Origin: Malacoraja senta
Taxonomy: Eukaryota
NCBI GenBank assembly: GCA_038087875.1
Contig: CM075993.1
Location: 3,164,001-3,228,000 of the forward strand
DNA: 64,000 bases
Reading direction: 5' to 3'
Shown: positions 48,271-60,794 of the stretch, piece by piece
Layout of the letters: each line of letters begins with the position of its first letter
How positions within the stretch are numbered: the stretch's first letter is position 1
Made by a program: the position numbers and the translations under genes
The notes under the pieces: generated by a model
Told to the model about the DNA's origin: nothing
Database searches by the model: none
The model's input: the letters and a program-made list of their open reading frames with translations, nothing else

Positions 48271-49911
48271 ACATAGAAACATAGAAACATAGAAAATAGG
48301 TGCAGGAGTAGGCCATTCGGCCCTTCGAGCCTGCACCGCCATTCAATATGATCATGGCTGATCATCCAACTCAGTATCCCGTACCTGCCTTCTCTCCATA
48401 CCCCCTGATCCCTTTAGCCACAAGGGCCACATCTAACTCCCTCTTAAATATAGCCAATGAACTGGCCTCAACTACCCTCTGTGGCAGAGAGTTCCAGAGA
48501 TTCACCACTCTCTGTGTGAAAAAGTATTTTCTCATCTCGGTCTTAAAGGATTTCCCCCTTATCCTTAACTGTGACCCCTTGTCCTGGACTTCCCCAAAAT
48601 CTTCCTGCATCTAGCCTGTCCAACCCCATAAGAACCTCTGCCTATAGCTCAGACCCTCTAGCCCAGGCAACATCCTCGTAAATCTTCTCTGCACCCTTTC
48701 CAGCTTGACAACATCTTTCCTATAACATGGTGCCCAGAACTGAATGCAATACTCTAAATGCAGCCTCACTAAAGTCTTATACAACGGCAACATGACCTCC
48801 CAACTTCCATACTTCTATCTCGACTTTAGACTTTAGAGATACAGTGTGGAATAAAGCACTTCAACCCACTGAGTTTGCGCCAACTAGCTATCACCTTGTG
48901 CACTAGCACTATTCCACATTTTGATTAGTAAGGGTGTCAGGGTTTATGGGGAGAAGGCAGAAGAATGGGGTTGAGAGGGGAAGATTTATCAGCCATGATT
49001 GAATGGCGGAATAGACTTGATGGGCCGAATGGTCTAATTCAGCTCCTATAACTTATTAACTGGGGACAATTTACAGAAGCCAATTAACCTACAAACTTGA
49101 ACTTCTGTGGAATGTGGGAGGAAAACTGAGCACCCAGAGAAAGCCCACACAGTCCCGGGGAGAATGTATAAACTCCATGCAGATAGGATCGAACCGACGC
49201 GCCTGGCGCTGTAAGGCAGCAACTCTACCGCTGCGCCACCGTACTGAGGAAAAATCTATTCAGGCAAAGGATGGTGAATCTTTGGAATTCTCCTCCTTGG
49301 CGGTGCTGAGGAGGTTCAGTCCCAGCTTGTACTGAAAATAGCGATCGATAAACCTCAATATTCAAGGAATTATTATAGAGAATGTTTAGGATTATGGCAA
49401 CAAGATCAAAGGTCAGCCACGATCTTATTGAAAGTCAGAGAAAGTTTGATGGGCCAGTTCCTGCTCATTTCCCTCCTGTTCTTGTGTGTCGAGAATTCAG
49501 CCTCTACTCCCTTGACAGGTCGAAATGCAAAATAAACAGTGGTATTTGTTGGGTATGAATTGAAATTGCAGTCTTATCTACTTCTTTCAGGAGGATATAA
49601 TTGGTTGCAATATTCTATTTGAAGTGCCCAGAGTTCTGGTCAATATTTCTCCAAAGGTGTTTTCACAAAAAAAACAAAAAAAATCAAGGACTTTTATAGA
49701 TGTTTGTACTTTCTGGCTTGGTACAAGTTAAAGCTGCAACGGTAGTTACACAACAAAATGGCTTGTGTCTCATTCCCTTCATCCATCAGTCTCACTGACA
49801 AACATTGGCTGCCCGCCTGCATTTTAACATCTTCATCAATCTTGTCAAACACTGCCAGGGCTTTACGCTGTTCCGTCTCCGAGAACTCCTCCACCTCGAC
49901 ATCGAGAGATC

Positions 49912-49944
<33 letters not shown>

Positions 49945-50084
49945 GCCCATGCACACCTCCAACCCTCTCTCCCTCCCCATTTAATGGTTCCGTCACACAA
50001 GGCCATCTGAAGATGGCGCGGAGCCTGGCGACTCTTTGCGTGCTGGTCCGAGAGGAGGATCTACTGTCATTCCATACAGTTAGT

Positions 50085-50572
50085 GTCATAGGGTGATACA
50101 GCGAGGAGACAGGCCCTTCGGCCCAACTTGTCCACACCGGCCAACATGTCCCAGCTACACTAGTCCCACCTGCCCGCGTTTGGTCCTTATCCCTCCAAAC
50201 ATGTCCTATCCATGTACCTTTCTGACTGTTTCTTAAACATTGTGATAGTCCCTTCCTCAACTACCTCCTCTAGCAGCTCGTTCCATACACCCACCACCCT
50301 TTTAATGAAAAAGTTACTCCTCAAATTCCTATTAAATCTTTTCCCCTTCACCTTAAACTTATGTCCTCTGGTCCTCGATTCACCTACTCTGGGCAAGAGA
50401 CTCTGTGCGTCTACCCGATCTATTCCTCTCATGATTTTATACACCTCGATAAGATCACCCCTCATCCTTCTGCGCTCCAAGGAATAGAGTCTCAGCCTGC
50501 TCAACCTCTCCCTGTAGCTCAGACCCTCTAGTCCTGGCAACATCATCGTAAATCTTCTCTGTACCCTCTCCA
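50085..50572 (-). mobile_element. CR1 3' fragment
   Basis: MERVQRRFTMMLPGLEGLSYRERLSRL..GDLIEVYKIMRGIDRVDAQSLLPRVGESRTRGH. Confidence 0.9.
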
Positions 50573-50834
50573 TCTTGCCCTCCTCTTTCAAATCTCTTTC
50601 CTACCTGCAAATCCAGCACCGTTTTCATTTGCTCACTCCTTACCTTTCCCTTCGCTCTGACTATTGTGCTTGCGTTTGACTTGATTGTCTTTCTACATCG
50701 AGTTATCTGATTTGTTTGTTGGCATCTATCATAGATTCCCCTCAACCTCTGGAGTTGTGGAAGAAACAATCCAAGTCTGTCCAACCTCTCCTTGCAGCTA
50801 CTACCTCCTAATCCAGGGAGAATTGAGAATCAGC

Positions 50835-51455
50835 AAGAGATGCAACACTTGTCCCTTCACCTCCCCCCTCGACTCCATTCAAGGACCCAAGCAGTCGTTC
50901 CAGGTGCGACAGAGGTTCACCTGCATCTCCTCCAACCTCATCTATTGCATCCGCTGCTCTAGATGCCAGCTGATCTACATCGGTGAGACCAAGCGGAGGC
51001 TTGGCGATCGTTTCGCCGAACAACCAACTTGACCTCCCAGTGGCTCAGCACTTCAACTCCCCCTCCCATTCCGTATCTGACCTCTCTGTCCTGGGTCTCC
51101 TCCATGGCCACAGCGAGCAACACCGTAAATTGGAGGAAATGCACCTCATATTCCGCTTGGGCAGTCTACATCCTGGGGGCTTGAACATTGAATTCTCCCA
51201 ATTCTGTTAGCCCTTGCTGTCCCCTCCCCTTCATCAGCCCTCTGGTTGTCTCCTCCCCTCCCCCAGCCCTCGGGCTCCTCCTCCGCCTTTTTCTTTTTTT
51301 CCTTTCTTCTCCCCACCCCCGATCAGTCTGAAGAAGGGTTTCGGCCCGAAACGTCGCCTATTTCCTTCGCTCCATAGATGCTGCTGCACCCGCTGAGTTT
51401 CTCCAGCATTTTTGTGTACCTTCGATTTTCCAGCATCTGCAGTTCTTTCTTTAAC
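50835..51455 (+). mobile_element. Penelope-like retroelement 3' fragment: GIY-YIG endonuclease remnant, 3' UTR, hammerhead core (51328-51355)
   Basis: RCNTCP...FTCISSNLIYCIRCSRCQLIYIGETKRRLGDRFAE, frameshift, PVAQHFN..H...RKLEEMHLIFRLGSLHPGGLN. Confidence 0.92.
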
Positions 51456-51462
51456 AGAATTG

Positions 51463-51991
51463 AGGGCCTGTCCCACTTGGACGACCTAATCCACGAGTTT
51501 AGAAGACCCTAGACGTGTTGAAAAAAATGTCAAGGTCGTGTTGACTCGCCGAAGTAAAAGACCTCCTACGACTATGCCTACGACCTCCTACGCCCCCCCC
51601 TTGATCTCAGTCTTCCACACCTAAGACCAACTACGACTAGCTACGAGTGGAAAATTATCACATGATAAAATGATGTCATGTTTGCATTTTTTTGTCTCGG
51701 GCCAGTTACCGACCTACGACTACCATCACGGCCTACTACGACCTACCTACGACCTACCTACGAGTAAAAAAGTATCGAGATTTTCCATACCGACCTTTTT
51801 TTACTCGTGGACATTTTTTATCGGGCTGGAAAAAACGCCGCGACCTACTACTTGAGGCCACGAGTTGGCGGAGACCGCTCACAAGCATGAGGAAGAGTTA
51901 CGAAGACCTCCTACGACCTCGTGGCGACCATGCTGCGAGTATGAGTCAAGGGCAAACTCGCCAATTAGGTTGTGAAAGTGGGACAGGGGCT
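51463..51991. mobile_element. Long Harbinger-like MITE (type B related)
   Basis: AGGGCCTGTCCCACTT...AAGTGGGACAGGGGCT; repeated CTACGAC motifs; right part matches 62865-63094. Confidence 0.8.
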
Positions 51992-52399
51992 TTAGTGCAC
52001 TCGATGGCTCTGTGTGTGTCCAACTCATTGACCTTGGTGTGACAACAAGAACAGTGACTACAACGATAACACCACCTTGTAGTCTCTTGGTCCTGAAATC
52101 ATCCTCCAAGGTCATCCCATCTTCCCAAAAGCACAATCCCCCAAATTGGACACAATGTACCACCTAACCAGAGACAGACACAAAAAGCCGGAGCAACTCA
52201 GTAGGGCAGGCAGCATCTCTGGAGAGAAGGAATGGGTGAGGTTTCGGGTCGGGACCCTTCTACATGTTAGACACAAAGTGCTGGGGTAACTCCGCGGGTC
52301 AGGCTGAGTTACTCTAGCACTTTGAGTCTTTTTCTTTGTAAACCAGCATCTGCAGTTCCCTGTATCTACTTTAGTTTTTTTGGGGGGTTGGTTTAGTTA

Positions 52400-52806
52400 G
52401 TCATACAGCTTGGAGACAGGCCCTTCGGCCCAATTTCCCCACGGCGACCAACATGTCCCAGCTATACTTGTCCCACCTGCCCACGTTTGGCCCATCTCCC
52501 CCCAAACCTGTCCTGTCCATGTACCTGTCCAATTGCTTCTTAAACTTTGCAATAGATCCTGCCTCAACTACCTCCTCCGGCAGCATGTTCCATACACCCA
52601 CCACTGAAGTTTTACCCCTCAGTTTCCCCCTTATCCTTAAATCTATGCCCTCTGGTCCTCGATTCCCCTACTCTGGACAAGAGACACTGCGCGTCTACCC
52701 GATCTATTCCTCTCATGATTTTATAGACTTCTATAAGATCACCCTTCATCCTCCTGCGCTCCAGGGAATAGAGTCCCAGCCTACTCAACCTCTCCCTACA
52801 GCTCAG
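52400..52806 (-). mobile_element. CR1 3' fragment
   Basis: LSCRERLSRLGLYSLERRRMKGDLIEVYKIMRGIDRVD. Confidence 0.85.
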
Positions 52807-54272
52807 TTTATTATTTCCACGTGTACCGATGTACAGCGAAAAGCTAAGCAGGTTAGTCAGTTCTAAAATTAAAATCATCAACATAGTAGAACACAAAATA
52901 GAAAACCTCATGCTCAACATCTGAGCTATCTTCAATGAAGCTGTGTAATATAAATCAAATGTATAATTTAAAACCAAGGCTTTGTACTCCGATGAGGAAT
53001 ATGGTGGCTTTGATATCTAAAATACAATGACATTGATGTTATTAAACTTGCATCAATGCCTTTCTGCACACAAATAACGATTACAAAAAAATCAAATGCC
53101 AACTATGTTGTTAGATACATCTATTAGCTACGCACAGCCTTTGTTACATTCTGCTTTGAAATTATCTCTTTTCTTCATTCAAAGTATTTCCACAGTTCAC
53201 AAGCAAAGAGTGACATTTTAAATATCAGGAGTAAACCTCTGGAGTTCCAAAATGTCAAAAGAGAAATGGTTGAAGGTATATAGCTGGGAACATTTAATGT
53301 GTAGGAAAGAACTGCAGATGCTGGTTTAAATCGAAGGTTGACACAAAATGCTGGAGTGACTCAGCGGGTGAGGCAGCATCTCTGGAGAGAAGGAATGGGC
53401 GCCGTTTCAGGTCGAGACCCTTCTTCAGAGATTTAATGTTGGAAGAATGTTCCCAATCCAGGGGAAAAAAATTCTTGGTGCATTTTTGATTTGAAAGGAA
53501 TAGTGTTTGCTCCATTTTTCTGCAGCGTTCTCACCTTATGCCTAATTTTTTAAGTCATAATGAAGAAATATCTGTCCACACACATCACCCCTTCCCAGCG
53601 CCACGATATGCCAAAACACGCCTTAGACCATCAATTACTTTAATAGCGCAATCACTGTGGTAATTATATGAGAAAGGGCAAACTATGAGCAAATAGCAAG
53701 ATTTAAATGGATAGAGGACAATAAGTACTTGGGTAGTTGATTACCGAGATTAATTCTAGCCATGGAGGAACACTAATGTCCATCTGACAGAACAGGTGGC
53801 CCAAAATAACATTGGAAAGAAGCTACAAGGAACTCTATCTTAAAAGAACGTCCTTTAATTCTGACCGCGTTGGACTTGGTTTCCGCGCTGTATCTCCAAA
53901 CTAAATTAAACAAAACTAAACTAGGTAACTATAATAGTGCAAAAACCGAAGTCTATAGTGCAACCGATAACACATTCCATTGAAGATTATAGTTGCTGAG
54001 GTTAGTATTGTGCAGTGTTCAAGTGCCTGATGGTTGCTGGTTAGTTACATATATTCTTATATTAGTGTAGTTTAGTTCAGTTTAAAGATACAGCGCGGAA
54101 ATAGGCCCTTCGGCCCACCGAGTCCGCGCCGACCAGCGATCCCTGCACATTAACACTACCCTACAGACACTAGGGACAATTTACATTTATACCAAGGCAA
54201 TTAGCCTACAAACCTGAGCGTGGGAGGAAACCGAAGATCTCGGAGAAAACCCACGCAGGTCACGGGGAGAAC

Positions 54273-54502
54273 CAGGGCTGTCTTAACGCATGGGCCCGCT
54301 GGGCAGTTGCCTGGGGCCCCACGAGCATAGGGGCCCCATGCTAAACTATGTATTGTAGAATGTAATTGTAGAACATGAAAACGGAGAAGAACATCGCAAG
54401 TACATGACGGCATATTTGATTTGGCATAAAGAAACTGGAAGTGTAGGGGCCCCAGTGCACTGCTTTGCCCGGGGGCCTATAAATGCTGTTAAGACAGCCC
54501 TG
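54273..54502. mobile_element. hAT-superfamily MITE inserted in a V-SINE (54066-54583)
   Basis: 15-bp TIRs CAGGGCTGTCTTAAC/GTTAAGACAGCCCTG; perfect 8-bp TSD GGGAGAAC (54265-54272, 54503-54510). Confidence 0.92.
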
Positions 54503-55174
54503 GGGAGAACGTACAAACTCCGTACAGACAAGCACCCATAGTCATAGTCAAGATCGAACCCGGGTCTCTGGCGCTGTGAGGCAGTGTATATATATATAAT
54601 CAATATTTTAATCTGCATTTTGATAGGCAGGTTAAACTGCAGCAAGTAGCAATGTCATTGTTCCCTTTGAACAATGAAAACTAAACACTCCTGTTCTTGA
54701 ACATAAATAGGCCATGATGATTTTAAAATGGCAAACTGAGTAATTTGAAGAGAGCGTATTTATACTTTAGATATAAACATTGCCTTGCATGAGTTCAACC
54801 CAAGAGCATTCCCATTACTGAACATTGATACAGCATGAAATTAGATTTTAATGTACTCTCTTCTTAACGTGAATTTTGTAAATGAATTTACCGATTGTCA
54901 GCATGTGAGATTTGAGAACATGAATAATTAAACAATGCTGCAGTTTAAAAAAAATATTTAATTGGTTGTAAATGAATTAGTAATGATTGGTGGGGGGAGA
55001 AATTAGTAATTCCTGTTAAAGTCCATATTTAAAGGAAAACAAAACCTCTCTTGCAACGTTGCTCGAAATGAGCTGAAAGGTTTGTCAGAATCTCACCCAC
55101 AGCCAGTAGCTTGCCACTAGCACAGTAGAAGGGAGGAGAAGTCTTTCGATTAAAGGCTAGCATGGTGGCATAAG

Positions 55175-55480
55175 GAGCAGCACGGTGGCGCAGCGGTAGA
55201 GTTGCTGCCTTACAGCGCTAGAGACCCAGGTTCGATCCTGACTACGGGCATTATTTGTACGGAGTTTGCACGTTCTCCCCGTGACCTGCGTGGGTTTTCT
55301 CCGAGATCTTCGGTTTTCTCCCACACTCCAAAGATATGCAGGTTTTTAGGTTAATTGGCTTGGTGTATGTAAACTGTCCCTAGTGTGTGTAGGATAGAGT
55401 AAATGTGCGGGAATCACCGGTCGGTGCGGACTCGGTGGGCCGAAGGGCCTGTTTCCGCGCTGTATCTCTAAACTAAACTA
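55175..55480 (+). mobile_element. V-SINE (HE1-like), full length
   Basis: A box TGGCGCAGCGG, B box GGTTCGATCC, V-domain, CR1-shared tail, CTAAACTAAACTAA. Confidence 0.92.
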
Positions 55481-55724
55481 AGAAATAGCAGGAGGGTTGA
55501 TTGATCACTCATTCCCTCTCATGGCTTTTTCACCACCGTGGAAGTTAGTAGCAGAGTGGAGCAGCAGGTTGAACTGCTACCTTGCATCTGCAGAGACCTG
55601 GGTTCAATCCCAACCTCAGCTGCTCTCTGTGGAGCTTGCATTCTTTTAGGGACCGCGTGGATTTCCTCTGGGTGCCCCGGTTTCCTTCCACACCCCACAC
55701 ATTTAAGTTGGTTGGTTAAGTAGG

Positions 55725-56003
55725 CTGCGCAACTTCAGCAACAGACTGGTTCCAAAATGCAGCACAGAACGCCACAGGAGATCCTTCTTCCCTCTGGCTA
55801 TCAAACTGTACAACTCCTCCCCCTTCCGTCGTGGGGTAGACTGAGATTAACTCCACCCCCCCCCCTCCTCCCCCATTCTTTGCACATCCCCAATCCTTTC
55901 CACTCGTCACTTTAATTTCAAGTTTCATGTATTTTGTGTGTTTTATGACTGTTGGCAGATCAATTTCCCTCCTGGGATAAATAAGGTTCTATCGTATCGT
56001 ATC
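55725..56003 (+). mobile_element. Rex1/Babar 3' fragment with (ATCGT)n tail
   Basis: Similar to 4950-5253; 3' UTR also at 41980-42113 and 32567-32710. Confidence 0.75.
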
Positions 56004-56589
56004 ACAATCTGCCACTGTAAATGAACACAATCGAGCCATACAAATAGGTAGGGCAAAATAAAAAAAGAATGTAGAATATAGTTGTGCTGAATTTCAGCGC
56101 AGAGTTTCAGTGAAAAAGTTCAATGTCCATAGTGGGGTAGGTTGGAAGATCTACACCCTAGTTTATGAGGGGACCGTACAGAAGTCTGATAAAGGAGGGG
56201 AAGAAGTTGTTCCTGGATCTGATTGTGCGCGCTTTCAAGCTTTTGTATCTTGTGGCTGACGGGAGAGGGGAGTAGAGGGAGTGACTGGGGTGAGTAAGGT
56301 CCGAGATTACTTGATTTCTTGAAGAAGGGTTTGCACCCGAAAGGCCACCTAATCCTTCTCCCCAGAGATGCTGCCTGACCCCTTGAGTTACTCCAGCGTT
56401 TTTTTATGTCCATCTTCGGTGTACACCAGCATCTGCAGTTCCTTCTGGCCCGCTGAGTTACTCCACTTTTCTCTATCCTTGATTACATTGGCCGCTGTAG
56501 AACTTTGGCAAGTAACTGCGGACCATTCATAGCCACAGAATGGCTTTACAGCTGGCGTGGATATTTAAGGTGGTAACTATTAGGAGCAG

Positions 56590-56837
56590 ATGAGCGCATT
56601 CGATCCAATTTGAGCTACCAGCTACCAAGACAGAAGTGTACAGCAATTCATTCTTCCCCCGCACAATGCAAGCATGGAATAGTCTTCACCCTACTATAGT
56701 TACCCCACCAGACACAACTAAATTTAAGGTAGCTCTTTATCTCCAAGAACCTGGACTTTTTTGCTTAAGTCCATCCTCCACCACCTCCAGTTTAAATTCC
56801 ATTTGGAATGTTTTCGGAGGACCAGGAAACCAAGAAC
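56590..56837 (+). mobile_element. CR1-group (Daphne/Crack-like) LINE 3' fragment
   Basis: YSNSFFPRTMQAWNSLHP...KFK motif; CCAGGAAACCAAGAA end. Confidence 0.55.
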
Positions 56838-57527
56838 TAAGTCTCTAGTGCAGCTAATAATGAACAGGGAAATAGTTCTGAACACAGGGAAATAGGTCTG
56901 CAGAATGCTACTGAACAATGTTTTATCAATTTTACATTCAAATGTGATCAATAAAATGCAGGGTGACTACGGGCTGTGTGTAGCTCACTCGGACTAATGG
57001 AATAAATCCAAAAACAGCAAACAAATAATCTATCGAATAGCTATGCCACCATCATTATAGTTCCTTGGATACATTAATAATGTCCCTAAGGCCCATTCAC
57101 ATTCCCAAGTCTTTTTATATTCTCAATACACAATCCTAAATGGTTGTCACAAATCTGCTCAAATTGATTTTAAAAATGGATTAATTGGGGGGTGGATGTG
57201 TGAAAAACATTCCTCAATGGCTGCAGAAGAGTCAACCTGTTTTAAACATAAAATCCAATCAATTTCCATGGATTCTTCCCAATGGGTTGGCTTAAGTAGG
57301 GACTCCATTGTAAATCAACACAGATAGATTTAACCTTGCAAATGTCACGGACTCCAGAGGTGGTTAGGGAACAAATCGCCCTTTAGGGATTGTTCTGCAG
57401 GACATTTTTCACCCAGGTAATCTGAAATTATTATTTTTATTAATGCTCTGGAGCAGGAATGGAAAGCAGTCAAAATGACCGCAAAGCTTTAACGCAGCAA
57501 AGGCACGTCAAGGTGTCTCCCGGTAAC

Positions 57528-57996
57528 AGATACAAAAAAGCTGGAAAAATCGAAGGTAGACAAAAATGCTGGAGAAACTCAGCGGGTGAGGCAGCATCTC
57601 CGGAGAGAAGGAATGGGTGACGTTGCGGGTCGAGACCCTTCTTCAGGCTATCTTTCATTCATTTGTTCTATATCTCTCTATAATCACCATCTATATCTCT
57701 TGGGTAGACAAAAATGCTGGAGAAACTCAGCGGGTGAGGCAGCATCTCTGGAGCGAAGGAATAGGTGACGTTTCGGGTCGAGACCAGGAAGCATCTATGG
57801 AGTGAAGGAATAGGTGACGTTTCGGGTCGAGACCATTCCGGGTCTCGACCCGAAACGTCACCTATTCCTTCGCTCCATAGATGCTGCCTCACCCGCTGAG
57901 TTTCTCCAGCATTTTTGTCTACCTTCGATTTTTCCAGCATCTGCGGTTCTTTCTTAAACATCTATATCTCTTGTTTCTCTTTCCCCTGACTCTCAG
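57528..57996. mobile_element. Palindromic/tandem Penelope-terminus composite
   Basis: Inverted termini joined at TTCCGGG; shares the GACCAGGAAGCATC junction with 44395-44600. Confidence 0.75.
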
Positions 57997-58640
57997 TCTG
58001 AAGGGGAGATGCAGGTAAAACCTTCATCGTTCATAGTTTAATGAGGTACAGTGAAAAGCTTCTCCGTCAGTGGAAGGACTATACACGATTACAATCCAGC
58101 CCATCTATAGTGTACAGAAGATAGCCACAAAAAGCTGGAGTAACTCAGCGGGACAGGCAGCATCTCTGGAGAGAAGGGATGGCTGACGTTTCGGGTCGAG
58201 ACCCTTCTTCAGACTGAGAGTCAGGGGAGAGGGAAACGAGAGATATAGACGGTGATGTAGAGAGATGCAGAACAAATGAATGAAAGTAACAATGATACAG
58301 GAAGCAGGCCATTGTTAGCCGTTTGCTAGGTGAGAACGAGAAGCTGGTGCGAGACCTGGAACGTCACCCGTTCCTTCTCTCCAGAGATGCTGCCTGACCC
58401 GCTGAGTTACTCCAGCTTTCGGTGTCTATCTTCGGTGTAAACCGGCATCTGCACTTCCTTCCTACACCTCCCAGTAATGTTACTCAAAGACAAATAAACA
58501 CCTCGCCCTGTTGATAAGTCAGCTGAGCAAAAGCAAAAGCTCGGTCATGGCTTAGAACTGAACAAGCGACGGAAGGAGAGGGGGGTAGCGATGGAACGGT
58601 TTGGGGAGGGAATTCCAGAGATTAGGATCTCATCAAAAGT

Positions 58641-59385
58641 AGACTGGGCGATCGTTTCGCAGAACACCTTTAACCTGAAGGTGAACTACCTTTAAGGCAG
58701 AGATAGATAGATCCTTGGTACACAAAAATGCTGGAGAAACTCAGCGGGTGCAGCAGCATCTATGGAGCGAAGGAAATAGGTAACGTTTCGGGCCGAAACC
58801 CTTCTTCAGACACATCATAGATAGATCCTTGATTAGTACAGGTATCAGAGGTTATGGGGAGAAGGCAGGAGAATGGGGTTAGGAGGGAGAGATAGATCAG
58901 CCATGATTCAATGGCGGAGTAGACTTGATGGGCCGAATGGCCTAATTCTACTATTCCTTATGATCTCAGTCTACGTGGACCTACCTGATCTCCTGGTTGC
59001 CCATTCCCCTTCCCATTCCCACAGACCTTTCAGTCCTGGACCTCCTCCATTGTCAGAGTGAGGCTAAAAGCCAATTGGAGGAACAGCACCTCATATTTCG
59101 CTTGAGCAGCTTACAACCCAGTGGTATGAATATGATTTCTCTAACTTCAAATAACCCCGGCATTCCCTCTCTCTCCATCCCTCCTCCACCCAAGTCGCAC
59201 CAGCTTCTCGTTCTCACCCAGCAATGGCCTGCTTCCTTTATCATCGTTACTTTCTTGCATATCTTTCATTCATTTGGTCTATATCTCTCTTCATCACCGT
59301 CTATGTCTCTCGTTTCCCTTTGCACTGACTCTCAGTCTGAAGAAGGTTCCCGACCCGAAACGTCACCCATTCCTTCTCTCCAGAG
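58641..59385 (+). mobile_element. Penelope-like GIY-YIG 3' fragment interrupted by CR1 (58689-58963), itself interrupted by a Penelope terminus (58718-58811)
   Basis: RLGDRFAEHL at 58641-58670, then DLSVLDLLHCQSEAKSQLEEQHLIFRLSSLQPSGMN; ATAGATAGATCCTTG duplicated around the inner insert. Confidence 0.8.
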
Positions 59386-59619
59386 ATTGTTGACTGTTTT
59401 CCCCGGTTTTAATAGTTTTGAAATGTCTCTGAATGTCAGAGACATTTAAAAACCATTAAAATTGAGATTAACAAAGTAATTATTCCAAAAAAAATTAATC
59501 ATTAACTAAGGGAACATTAAAACACTTATGAATAATTAAAGACATTAAGCTAAAGCAAGATCTTTAAAAAAAAAAACAAAGTTAACGACTTGCCCTCTGA
59601 TTCCTAAATATGTCGTCCT

Positions 59620-60015
59620 GATAAGTTCAGAAGTGATAGGCCATTCGGCCCATCAAATCTACTCCACCATTCAATCATGGCTGATCTATCTCTCCCTCCT
59701 AACCCCATTCTCCTGCCTTCACCCCATAACCTCTGACACCCGTACTAATTAAGAATCTATCTATCTGCCTTAAATATATCCACTGACTTGGCCTCCACAG
59801 CCTTCTGAGGCAATAAATTCCACAGATTCACCACACTCTGACTAAAGATATTCCTTCTCATCTCTTTCCTAAATGTATGTCCTTTTATTCTGAGCTGTAT
59901 CCTCTGGTCCTGGACTCTCCCACTAGTGAAAACATCCTATCCACATACACTCTATCCAGGTTTTTCAATATTCGGTGAGTTTCAATGTGGTCTCCCTCTC
60001 ATCCTTCCAAACTTC
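59620..60015 (-). mobile_element. Older CR1 3' fragment
   Basis: Diverged match to 5515-6100. Confidence 0.8.
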
Positions 60016-60164
60016 ATAGACTATGACACTAGGTCTCCACAGAAATAAAGGAAATTCACTGGACAGAAGGAGGTTCTTCGGCCCATCTTGTGCATGCTAT
60101 CTCCTTTGGCTTGTACATATACAACCATATGTATGGAAATAGTATGGACCATAATTTTGTCCCG

Positions 60165-60794
60165 AAGATAGACACAAAATGCTGGAATAACTCAGCGGGT
60201 CAGACAGCATCTCTGGAGAGAAGGAATAAGTGATGTTTCGGGTCAAGACCCTTCTTCAGTTTCGACCCAAAACGTCACCTATTCCTTTTCTCCGGAGATG
60301 CTGCCTGACCCGCTGAGTCACTCCAGCATTTTGTGTCTATCTTCGGTGTAAACCAGCATCTGCAGTTCCTTCCTGCCGATATGGAAATGGCAGATAAACA
60401 CAAAATGCTCGAGTAATTCAGCGGGACAGGCAGCATCTTTGGAGAGATGGAATGGGTGACGTTTCGGATCGAGACCCTTCTTCAGTCTGGGGGGGGGGGG
60501 GGGGGGGGTCAGGGGAAAGGGAAACGAGAGGTATAGACAGAAATGTCGAGAGATACAGAACAAATGAATGAAAGATATTTGTTAAAAAGTAACGATGCTA
60601 AAGGAAACAGGCCATTGCTAGCTGTTTGCTGGGTGAGAACGAGAAGCTGGTGCAACTTGGATAGAGAGAGGGGGAATGCAGGGGTTACTTGAAGTGAGAG
60701 AAATCAATATTCATACCACTGGGCTGTAAGCTGCCCAAGCGAAATATGAGATGCTGTTCCTCCAATTTGTGTTTAGCCTCACTCTGACAATGGA
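60165..60794. mobile_element. Penelope-like 3' fragment (minus, 60387-60794) with an adjacent inverted terminus pair
   Basis: HCQSEAKHKLEEQHLIFRLGSLQPSGMNIDFS; poly(G) tract at 60489-60508. Confidence 0.85.

Noticed and set aside
55175..55250. tRNA gene (also at the other A/B-box sites)
   Set aside because: The A and B boxes continue into the V-domain and CR1-like tail, so these are SINE heads, not tRNAs.
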